A stretch of 64,000 nucleotides of DNA from positions 1 to 64,000 of the forward strand of contig NIVC01000768.1 in the NCBI GenBank assembly GCA_002269645.1, in the 5' to 3' direction. Below are positions 25,801 through 43,399 of the stretch, in pieces (position 1 is the first letter of the stretch; each line of letters starts with the position of its first letter). Under the pieces are notes generated by a model. That model made no database searches, was not told the origin of the DNA, and worked only from the letters and a program-made list of their open reading frames with translations. The position numbers and the translations under genes were made by a program. The stretch comes from Macrostomum lignano (lineage: Eukaryota).

Positions 25801-26754
25801 ATCTGACCCACGCACAGCTGACCCATGCGGCCATGCACACCTGACACACGCACATAATTCATCTCACCTTTTTGCTCTCAGTTAATGGGTCCGGCCGTTT
25901 ATCAGAGGAAGAATCTGGTAATGATTCAGAAACAGTTGATGCTGTCCCTGTTGCCACTTTGTCATTTTTACAGGCCTTGTCAGCATTCTTCTGTCTTGGC
26001 GCCACGGGCGGTGATCTGGCTACACTGATTTGCTGGCCATGAAACTCCAACTGGTTGAGCTGCTGTTGGCACCTGCAGTTTAACAGATTTGGTTCAAGTT
26101 TAAAGTTTTAAAAGAAAACTTTGAGTCTCATTTTTGCTCACCTATCAACTTCCTCTGCTGAGGCCAGCTGCACTAAACCGCAGCGCTCTTGCCTGCTAGA
26201 GTTATCATCAGCGGTCTGGGCCGACACCGCCCTGGCAACAATTTTTGTAGACACAACGCGGCCATACTGGCTAAAGAGTTCCTTGAGATGAGCAGCTTTG
26301 ACCTCGTCGGCGAGATTGCTGACCCACAGTAGGTAGCGGGAGTCTGCAAAAGGTAGGAAAATATTGGCTTCAACATTCCATGCACAAATAGCAATTCATA
26401 AGTAGGCTAATTATTCCTATTGCCTAACTCACCATTAATATCGCTTTTCTTTAACCTTTTCTGGAATGCATTCCAAATTTGATGTATTTATATTAAATGA
26501 AAACTTGAACTCAAGAAGTTATGAATACACAGATGATTACCTCTGGCTGGGAAATCACATCATTAGGAATACTGCACTGGCTTTCTGAACAATCTTGCTG
26601 GTCTGTACAATCTATAAAAATGATATAAATAAACTATTGGCATACTATTCCAATAGAAAATTTAATATACAATTATACATTTCAGTAAATTAGGCACAAA
26701 ACCATATTTACCAGGTATGCAAGACCCCTGAGACTGTCCTGTGCCTGTCAAATG
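22810..26754 (-). CDS. SAFB: SAFB/SLTM-like RRM protein with R/E-rich coiled coil and RS-rich tail; 5' end not found
   Basis: Exons 26754-26712, 26611-26541, 26460-26433, 26343-26142, 26072-25868, 24929-24001 and 23173-22810 join in frame (613 codons plus stop). The RRM LLWVSNLADEVKAAHLKELFSQYGRVVSTKIV...CGLVQLASAEEVDRCQQQLNQLEFHGQQISVAR resembles SAFB NLWVSGLS...LKNLFSKYGKVVGAKVV...LHKTELHGKMISVEK. The last exon encodes RDRRRSSRRRSRSRSRSS and a poly-Q stretch. Confidence 0.75.
23615..23990. repeat. Minisatellite, 31-bp unit (SAFB-like last intron)
   Basis: Unit TCTAATGGACAGTCTGGGAATTGGGGATAGT. Confidence 0.9.
25232..25850. repeat. Minisatellite, about 15-bp ACACGCACACCTGAC-type unit (SAFB-like intron)
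   Basis: It explains the Cys/Val-rich ORFs 25055..25855, 25144..25815 and 25218..25862. Confidence 0.9.
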
Positions 26755-28005
26755 CTGCAAATGAAAAGGCATAGTAAAAGGGATTACTTAAATTCAAATG
26801 GAAGCTTTAAAAACATTGCAATTGTAAATCAATTGTGGTTAAAAGTAGATTAAATTTTTGTTATAATTAATTTGCTATAATTTATGTTTCTTCCTTGTTA
26901 GAAATTAGGTGCCTGTCTATAAAATAGTTGGTATTTCCTTTGAGTTTTATGCATTTTTGCTAGATTCCAACTTAGTGATAAAATTTTAAGACAACTTGGT
27001 ATTAGAAGTGAATTTTTACACATAGAACATTAACATAACTACTTATAATATTCTCTTATTGTCTAGATAGGAGGGAAATATGAACATTATGATAAGATTC
27101 TTATTGATACATGTGAACACTTTTTTTAATTTCTTAGTCATTTTTAATATAAAGATAAAGAACCAGTCTTAGTTCATAAAAATATTTTTCTGTAAAAAAT
27201 TGTCCATTTATATTTGTTTTATATTTTATATTAATGTTAGTTTTGTATGATTAATATGAAAAGCTATTATTTCAACCTTGTAAACAAAATATTTATTTAA
27301 TGAGACTAATTTTGATATATTTTTAATTCATAGTTTTAATTGTTAGTACAATGGATATCACAAAAGTTTCTAAGCTGAGATTATCATTTTTCATACAAAT
27401 GCTTAAGCCATCTGAAATTTAATAAATACAACTACAAATTCATTTAAAAACAGCATTTACAGAATTAAAATTGGTTAAATAAACCTTCTTTAGTTATATT
27501 AATACTTTGCAAATTGGGTAGACAATTCAAAGAATATATTTGGTATATAACTTGTATACCTTTATGACTTAAAGACTGATTATAATACAAAAGTTAAAAT
27601 ATTAAATCAACTTTTAGACTTTGTCATGATTTTGTTCATTAAAACTTTGCTTTTATTTTTTTGTTTAGAATTTATTGTCAATAGTTTATATATAATAATC
27701 AATTTTTATCAATTTTACTTTTAACTCAAGACGATTTCATTCCTATATTTAGTTCTCTAAATAGTATCTACATGTTTTGGTGCCTGTGCTTTTTGGTACC
27801 TGACATTTTGGTATCTTAGTTAGTTTTTTGGTGCCTAAAACTAAATTGAAAATTAGAATTAGATACCAATGGCTTGGAGTGTGCACTACTGCACCGTGTG
27901 TTAACTTGTTTTGATTGAAAACTACGTACAATAATTTATATTGTTTATTCAACTTATCATAGGTATATTTATTCAACTGCTTATTAGAATTTTCAATTTC
28001 ACTAC

Positions 28006-28045
28006 TGCCCTGACGATGACCTACAAGGGTCGAAATGCATTGGCA
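28006..28045 (+). ncRNA. Minimal type-I hammerhead ribozyme-like motif (Penelope-type, probably decayed)
   Basis: TGCC-CTGACGA-T-GACC-TACAAG-GGTC-GAA-ATGCAT-T-GGCA contains stem I (TGCC/GGCA), the CUGAnGA core, stem II (GACC/GGTC), GAAA and a palindromic helix III (ATGCAT). An A-rich AATAAA tail follows. Confidence 0.55.
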
Positions 28046-28435
28046 ATTGAATTAAAGTAAATAAAAACAAGTTAATGTTTGTTCTCTCATTCATTTTATT
28101 CCTATTTATTAAGCGAGCTACTCTACCAGAATTAAATGCAAAATACTAAATAGAAAGTATGTTTTTATTTAAAAATAAATTCTCTACATTATTTTTTAGA
28201 TAATTAAGGAATTTATTTTGTTAAGCAAAATGTGCTTTTAATTTTGGAAAGTATTTTGTTTTATAGAAAAAAACTAAAGATGATTTAAAAATCAATATTA
28301 AAATAGATTTGTTATATGATAATAATTTTAATTTGAACTATATAACGTTGTTGATACATTTAATTTTTATCCAAAAAACCTAAGCATGCATACTTTATAT
28401 ATGCATACCCATATATGCCCAGCACCCATCCAACC

Positions 28436-30628
28436 CATACATGCGCAACTGCTGGCCGACCTGGCCGATCCGGCCACCGTAAATCGTGGCTGACCAGGGG
28501 TAAGTTGCAAAATTGAGTCAACCAAAAACAGAAAAACACAAGAACCAAGAAAGGCAAGAGGAAAGCGAAAGAAAGAGCAGTTCAGGGAAAATGGTGAAGC
28601 AAAAGAAAAACAATTCGCAAAAAAAGCAAACTAAGTTGTAAAAATAATCAGGTAAGTCGCAAAAAGGATCAGGTAAGTCGCAAAAGAAGCAAACTAAGTC
28701 GCAAAGAAGCAAACTAAGTCCCAAAAAGGATCAGGTAAGTCGCAAAAGGATTAGGTAAGTTGCAAAAAGGATTAGGTAAGTTGCAAAAAGGATTAGGTAA
28801 GTCGCAAAAAGAAGCAACTAAGTCGCAATAAGAGGGAAGTAAGTCACAATCAGAGGCAATCAGGGGGTAGTAGGTGCAAGTGTGGCAGGAGAGCAAAAAC
28901 AGAATAGAAGCCTTCAACAACAGACAAGATCTTTGAAATCAGAAGCCCGCGTCAACAGTTTCCCATTGATTTCTTAAACTCTGGAGCAGGGGTTGGCAAA
29001 CTCCGGCTCGCGAAGCCCCTCTATCTGGCCCTCGCCCCTCGGGTTCTTTGAAACTTCCTAACTTCCTAGCAAGGTTGGTGTCTCTTCAACTCTCATCTCT
29101 CTTTTTCTCTACCTTGCCTTCCCTCTTCTCTCTCTCCCCCCTTTTCCCTCTTCTCTCTCCTCTCATTTTTACTCTCCTCTCTTCTCCCCCTTTCTCTCTA
29201 CCCTTTCTCCTCAATGCCCTCTTCTCTCCTCTTATCTTCAGCAAAAATATGCATACATGCGCAACAGTCGGCCGAGTCGGCCGATCCGGCCGACCGATTT
29301 GGCGGCCAACCAAGGAAGTCGCAAAAATGCCCACCCGAAAAACACACACCGAAGTAGTAGTACTAAGTAGCTGACGAGGCATTTTGACTTTAAAGGATAG
29401 TCATAGTTACTCCTGCCGTTTACCCAAAGTTGCGTTAATTTTTCTTCACGGTTTCTTACATCTAAGTCGCATTTTTGTTAAAACTTAGTCGCACGGCCGA
29501 CCGAATTTTGGAGGTTGCGCATGTATGAAAATATGTGCATATTTTCTTACTTCAAAGTAGAGGGAATAGAAGATTAGAGATAAGCAAACAGAGGAGAGGC
29601 GAGCGATGCGATGGGAGAAAAGATAGAAAAGGAGAGAAAAGCTGAGGGAGGAAAAAGAGATGAGAGAGAAGAGGAGATTAGAGGAAAGAGGAAAGAAAAG
29701 ATGATGGATGAGATCAGAAGAGAGGAAAGAGGAAAGAGGAGAGAGTAGATGAGAGAAGAGAGGATAAAGAGGAGATGAGAGGAGAGTGAAGAGAGGAGAG
29801 ATGAGAGAGTAGAAAAGAGAGGAGAGATAAGATGAGAGAGTAGAGTGGAGAGAGACGAGAGGGAAGATAAGATGAGAGAGTAGAGTGGAATGGAGAGAGA
29901 CGAGAGGAGAGATAAGAATGTAGAGAGGAGACAGAAGAGATAGGAGAGGAGAGGAAAGAGAGGAGAGAGGAGAGGAAAGAGAGAAGGGATAAGGGATGAG
30001 AGAGAAAAGAAAAAGAGGATGAGAAGATTGAGGAATGGAGAGAATTTGCAAAGGCCTCAAATCTTAGTTTAACATGCATTACTCCAATCTTTGCCTTTTT
30101 CCTAACTGTTAACAAGTTTTTGTTTGAGCATGACTTCAAATTTAGAATCTATGCAAAAATAGTTCCGGGAATTAGAATTCAGTGGTTTAAAAATCTGTGG
30201 GTTTTCACAGCTTGTATCTCTACTGGATTCGTATTCTGCATCTGATGAGCCATCTGAATCAGGGCTCTCATCTTCCATGCCAAATCGTCTAGCAAATCGT
30301 TCTTGAGCTATAGGTCACACTGTATTCACTTCACTTACTTCTGGACATTCATGAATCATGACTTTTGTAGTATGCTCACTACACTGTACTGACAATTTAC
30401 TAATTGCTTCATGCCGCCACTAGATGACATACTGATTAGCTGTTATAAAAACGCGGAATTTGCACGCAGCACTAATTAGCTGGCGAGGCATTTAGCTTTA
30501 AAAATATGGTCATAGTTACTCCTGCCGTTTACCTAAAGTTTTTGCTTGGCTCTTTCATAGGTAAGTCGCATTTTTTATCGAAAACTAAGTCGCACGGCCA
30601 GCGTAATTTCAGAAGTTGCGCATGTATG
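28436..30628. mobile_element. hAT-family non-autonomous transposon, 2193 bp
   Basis: 14-bp TIRs CATACATGCGCAAC / GTTGCGCATGTATG, with a perfect 8-bp TSD ATCCAACC (28428-28435 and 30629-30636). Confidence 0.9.
29252..29527. mobile_element. hAT MITE of the same family nested inside the previous element, 276 bp
   Basis: It has the same TIRs, a perfect 8-bp TSD AAAATATG (29244-29251 and 29528-29535), and subterminal sequence homologous to both ends of the outer copy. Confidence 0.9.
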
Positions 30629-30801
30629 ATCCAACCCATCTGAACCAGACAGGTGAAATGGCCAAGGTAAGTTGCAAAATTGAAAATGGGAAAAATGAAA
30701 AATTGGGGGAAGAAAGAAAGGAGAGGAAGATAAAAGGAAATGAAAGGAAGAAGAGAGAGAGGGAAAGAGGAAAAAAGAGAAAGAGAAGAAAAGAGAACAG
30801 A

Positions 30802-31640
30802 GGAACTAAGTCGCAATTAGGAGCTAAGTTGCAATTAGGAGGAACTAAGTTGCAATTAAGAGGAACTAAGTCACAATTGAGAGGAACTAAGTTGCAATCA
30901 GGAGGAACTAAGACACAATCAGAAGGAACTAAGCTGCAATCAGGAGAAACTAAGTTGTGATCAGGAGGAACTAAGTTGCAATTGGGGGGAACTAAGTTGC
31001 AACCAGGAGGAACTAAGTCACAATCAGGAAGAACTAAGTTGCAATTAGGAGAAACTAAGTTGCAATTAGGAGAAACTAAGTTGCAATCAGGAGGAACTAA
31101 GTCGCAATTGGGAGGAACTAAGTTGCAATTGGGAGGAACTAAGTCGCAACTGGGAGGAACTAAGTCACAATTGGGAGGAACTAAGTTGCAATCAGGAGGA
31201 ACTAAGTCGCAATTGGGAGGAACTAAGTTGCAACCAGGAGGAACTAAGTCGCAACTGGGAGGAACTAAGTCGCAACTGGGAGGAACTAAGTCACAATCAG
31301 GAAGAACTAAGTTGCAATTAGGAGAAACTAAGTTGCAATCAGGAGGAACTAAGTCGCAATTGGGAGGAACTAAGTTGCAATTGGGAGGAACTAAGTCGCA
31401 ACTGGGAGGAACTAAGTCACAATTGGGAGGAACTAAGTTGCAACCAGGAGGAACTAAGTCGCAACTGGGAGGAACTAAGTCACAATTGGGAGGAACTAAG
31501 TTGCAATCAGGAGGAACTAAGTCGCAATTGGGAGGAACTAAGTTGCAATTGGGAGGAACTAAGTCGCAACTAGGAGGAACTAAGTCACAATTGGGAGGAA
31601 CTAAGTTGCAATCAGGAGGAACTAAGTTGCAATTGGGAGT
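30802..31640. repeat. Minisatellite, 21-bp unit, about 40 copies, built from the hAT subterminal motif ACTAAGTCGCA
   Basis: Unit GGAGGAACTAAGTCGCAATTG; the same core recurs at 28690-28830, 29461-29492 and 30585-30593. It explains ORFs 30609..31733 and 30976..31716. Confidence 0.92.
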
Positions 31641-31699
31641 TTTTTTGGCCTGTCCTCTAGGCGTTGCAGTAGTGTATCTAGGCGTTGTACACATGGAAA

Positions 31700-31841
31700 A
31701 TTTTTTGAAGGCATGATATATAGAAGGCTCCAATTTGTGTGCAGCACAATGGTGTTAGAAGAAATTGTTTCTTGCCCATGGTTTTAGCAAACTTGTAAGT
31801 CCAACTCGATTTCCTGTCATCACAGATGCTTTATCTGTTAT
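31700..31841 (-). pseudogene. Decayed hAT transposase core fragment (ZNF862-like)
   Basis: ITDKASVMTGNRVGLTSLLKPWARNNFF*HHCAAHKLEPSIYHAFK resembles the hAT motif TDGASVMxG...HCxAHRLELA. It carries an in-frame stop. Confidence 0.65.
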
Positions 31842-32437
31842 AATGCCTCATGGTCTTGCAAAACAACTGTCACAATACTAGGAGCGTATCTTAGTAAATA
31901 AGTCTTTTAGCATATCATGCTTTGTCTTGTTTCTGTGACTGACAGTTGCTTAAATCTATAGAAGTACATTATTGGTTTGCTCTTCTCAAGCATCCAGAAA
32001 TATACCATTAGGTAACTATTTGTAGCTTTTGTATAACTATATATATTTTTCTTGGAGGACTCTCACTTCTTTGGCCATCAGTATCAGTCTCTGAATCTGA
32101 GTCCAAATGAATGGCTGTATATAGTCCTTGGATCTGAACTTCAGTATCAATATCAGTTTATAGGCAAGATTCTATAGCAATAGATTTAGCATGAGCATTG
32201 CGCCATTATACAAATTTTGTCTCAAGACGTCTAGTTTCTTCATTCATTTCAAAAGCAGATTCTCTTTCAGCTAAAATTATTTGAGAAGAGCAATATGCAT
32301 AGGTTGTTGTATCTGCATCATGAATCTCAATTTTTGTATTCTGCATAGCTAGATCTCTATTAGAAGCAACAACTTCTGGATTTTTCACTGCCATTAATAG
32401 TCCCTTTCTGTGGCATTGCCCAAGGACTTGAGGTTGG

Positions 32438-32821
32438 GGCATCATTCTCCAATACAACAATGCCCCGGCCTACAAGACTCAACAAGTGGCAGAGTTTCTG
32501 GCCAGAGAATGCATTCAAGAGCTTGGTCATCCACCCTACAGCCCTGACCTGGCCCCCTGCGACTTTTTTGTGTTTCTACAAATCAAGCTCAGGATGCATG
32601 GAATCTGTTAACTGATCACTAGAAGCTACAGTGGAGGCCTTCATCTGCCATGTGGAAGAGGTGCCTGCTTCAGATTGTTCCAGCTACTTCAGCAAGTGGT
32701 TTGAGTGCATGAAAATTTGCATCAAATCTGCTGGAGAGTACTTTGAAAAGATGTAACTGTTGTTTTCTCTCTAACTATTTCTGTCTGGGCACATCTGGAA
32801 ACTTGTTGCTCAGCCTTCATA
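32438..32821 (+). mobile_element. Mariner (Tc1/mariner) transposon 3' remnant
   Basis: GIILQYNNAPAYKTQQVAEFLARECIQELGHPPYSPDLAPCDFFVF... carries the YSPDLAPxD signature. After a stop and frameshift it continues ...KWFECMKICIKSAGEYFEKM*. A TIR-like GGAAACTTGTTGCTCAGCCTTCA followed by TA lies at 32797-32821. Confidence 0.85.
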
Positions 32822-33539
32822 TACCTGGTAGTCAAGTGGAGGTCTATCTCTAAGTATATAATGACTCAAAGAATGTACACCTATATTATATATGAGTGCA
32901 CAAGTGTACATATAGATGTTAGTTTGCCAGACATATAAAGTACAGAATGTAGAGTGTAGCCTACAGGGTACAGGCTATAGTGCAATTTAGTACTGCAGTT
33001 TGCAATGCTGCATAAGTGAATAAATGAATGATAAATCAATCGATAAAGAGAGCATGCTTGGGTACAACCTTGGAAATCACCTAGCCATTTTTATTGGCAA
33101 CACACACACATGAAAGTCACTATTGGCTGAGAGCAATCACGTGACTTTATTTCTTTATATTTATTATTTATTTATCATAATTTATAGTTTATTAATAGCC
33201 AAGAATTGATCTAAGGTTTTATTTTATGTTTATTTTAATTTGCTAGACCCCTAGTTGAGATTTGATCATAAATTTATATTTAATACATATGTAGCTAACT
33301 TGATATATATAATTGGAGGGTGCAGCCAAAATCATCATATTCAAAATCGTCATATGATGATGATGACTTGAACAAATCTGGAAGACTTAAACATTTAAAT
33401 ATGAAAACTTTGACCAAAGGTGAGGGTGTATTAATTTAGGATTTTCATGCATATTTTCATATTTCATACTTGCATATTTTCATTTCATGCATGTATATGC
33501 ATAATCAAGATTATTTTCCCTGGCCTATAGAGGCTTGTT

Positions 33540-34452
33540 GGGTCACTTTCACAAGCCCTAAATTTCACAATGTCACAAGACACAAACTTTCATAAGCTCT
33601 AAATTTCATAAGCCCTAATTTTCACATCGTCGAAAAGTTGTGCACAGTATTTCATAAGCTCTAAATTTCACAAGCTCTAAATTTCACAACGTCGAAAACA
33701 AAATTTGCATCAGACTGCATAAACTATAAATTTCACAAGCCCTAAATTTTACAAGCCATACTTTTCATAAGACCTAATTTTCACAACGTCAAAAAGTTGT
33801 GCACAGAATTTCATAAGCTCTAAATTTCACAACGCCTAAAAACACTATGGAGATACAATCTTTCACAAGACCTAAATTTCACAACGCCTAAAAACACTAT
33901 GGCGATACAATCTTTCACAAGCCCTAAATTTCACAACGCCTAAAAACACTATGGAGATACAATCTTTCACAAGACCTAAATTTTATTACAACACCTAAAA
34001 ACACTATGCGACATTGATGTGACTTATGCAAGTCGTTATAGTTAATTAAGCCAGCAAAGAGAATTTATGTGCTATTTGATGGTACTTTGGGCAACATACA
34101 TGTACGCTCTACGCTGTAGAGTATAGCTACCATATGAGCTAATTAACTGTCACTAAAATGGGTTCTTGATTCAGTACTTATGAAAGATTGTATCTCCATA
34201 ATGTCCCTAGGCGTTGTGAAATTTAGGTCTTGTGAAAGATTGTATCTCCATAGTGTTTTTAGGTGTTGTGAAATTTAGAGCTTCTGAAAATAGAAGCAAA
34301 TTTAATTTTTGATGTTGTGATATTTAGGGTTTGTGAAATTTAGGGTTTGTGAAATTTAGAGATAGTGAAATTTAGGGGTTTTGAATGAAATTCTGTGCAT
34401 GCCTTTTAGGTGTTATGAAATTTAGGGCTTATTAAGGTTTGTGAAATGACCC
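33540..34452. mobile_element. Foldback/MULE-like element, 913 bp, with long modular inverted arms
   Basis: Ends are GGGTCA(C)TTTCACAA / TTGTGAAATGACCC. The 9-bp TSD (A/T)GGCTTGTT has one mismatch (33531-33539 and 34453-34461). The left arm repeats CTAAATTTCACAA and the right arm repeats its reverse complement. Confidence 0.75.
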
Positions 34453-36048
34453 TGGCTTGTTTAATTTGATTCCTTTGTATTTGACTGTATGATTTTGATG
34501 GCTTATTTGATGGTAGTTTGAATAAGCCTTAAGTTATACACTGTAAATTGTTTTAATTTGTTGGAAAATAAGAACATGCTGCTGCCATGAGCTAAGATCC
34601 TTGTGCAGCCAATGTAACACAATATGACAATTTAGTAAATGCAACATTGTCTAATACTGAGATGATGACAATTCAGATAATTTAGTTGTTTTTCTTGTAA
34701 GCCGCAGATGATAATCTTGAATATGACGACTTTGGCTGGAACCATAATTGGAATTGGCATTTGAGTTGTACAAAGGATGCGATAGAATCTTTTGTGTAGT
34801 TCACTTTGAGATGCATATGAGAATGTTTTTGAGTGACATTGAGTATATAGGCCTATAGAAATTTGCATCTATTTTTAATCACCTTTATTCTTTAAAAACA
34901 AATAAATATATATAAATGATTATGGACAGTGAAATAAATACTCCATGCATACAATACTGAATACATGTACATATATATTTGGTACCAAAGTAAATTATTA
35001 CTGAAATGGATATCACCAAAGTGACTATCACCAAATTAACTATAATTCCTTTGTCATCAGATTTTGCAAGGCTTGGCTATAGCCTAGTAGGCCTATTCAA
35101 TTGTTATTGTTGATCAATTGTTACTTAATAAAATATTCTGTAAAATGTAAAATGTAAAATGTAGGATTAAATACATGCTTAGAGATTCAACTTGTCTAAT
35201 TCTCTAATTCTAGGCCCGAATCAAGCTTTTGTCTCTCAGAAGTCAGTCCCTTTTAAAGTTCCAACTAATTGTATTTGCTAGGTGGCCTAACTAGTTTATC
35301 AAAATCTATTTTTTGATGCAAATAATCGCATTATAGACATTGCCCCTTTACTGTTACTTAACTTATATATAGCGTATAGGACTAATTTGCATCAAATTGC
35401 AACTCTGCAACAATATAAGCAGATCAACTTGGCAATTTTTTTTAAGGTACACTTCGCAAATTATATATATACTTGTATATACAGTAAAAGTAAATATTTG
35501 TGCGAAAATTGCAAGAAAATATCTAGGATAATGTTCCCCTATACTAAAAATCCCACGTGAATTGCAATTCAACCCATTATTCACGGTAATGGTGCAGCGC
35601 AGTATAATATCGACTCGGCGTCGAGGGGAATTTAAAAGCGAAATGTTAACAATTTTTTAAATTAAACAAAAAATATATTAGCGTAAAAACAAAAACGTTT
35701 GTTTACATTACAGGCAACGCATTTGTTTTAGATAAAAAATGCAATAAATTTTCAAGTATATAAAGTTTAATAAATTATACGATTTAGGGAGTTCCGATTT
35801 TGTATTAAAATACTTTTTAAAATAATGTTTTCTAGGAATACAAGTAACAACAAGAACTAATTATCGTGAGATACATTGCTACTATTATCGGGTTTACCAC
35901 TAAAAGCCTTCACTAGATAAGTCTATTAGGATTACATTTGAATCTACATATTAATAAACACCCTTAAATTGGCTTTGCTATGCAAACAGGGCAAGGCGAA
36001 CAGTGCGAAAGAAATAAGGACGAAGAACAACCGGATTTAGAAACTAGG

Positions 36049-36107
36049 AGCAGCAGCTTTGGCTCGACTAGTTCCAACTTGGAACTAGTCGAGCCAAAGC
36101 TGCTGCT
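36049..36107. repeat. Perfect 59-bp palindrome (29-bp arms, 1-nt centre)
   Basis: AGCAGCAGCTTTGGCTCGACTAGTTCCAA-C-TTGGAACTAGTCGAGCCAAAGCTGCTGCT. Confidence 0.95.
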
Positions 36108-36317
36108 TTGGAATCCAAGCCCTCTGCAAAAAAGCATGATATTGACAGCTGTGTTCACTGCCAAGAGTCACTCTTCTCTACGAGCTGTACAACGGCGGAA
36201 GAGTTAAAGCGTGCTCTACAAGAAAATTCCTTACTGAGCAATGTCTTCTCTGACTTACAAGACGACTCAGAGAATTCTCTAAGCCGAAAAATCCTGGAAA
36301 GAAATCTATCTTTTAAA

Positions 36318-43399
<7,082 letters not shown>

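Noticed and set aside
18560-30270. Other CTGATGA motifs (about 18564 and 30242) as hammerhead cores
   Set aside because: Neither has a stem II followed by GAAA.
30609-31733. 374-aa and 246-aa ORFs with CDLVPPN or GGTKSQL repeats
   Set aside because: They are translations of a 21-bp minisatellite whose unit is divisible by three; there is no unique domain.
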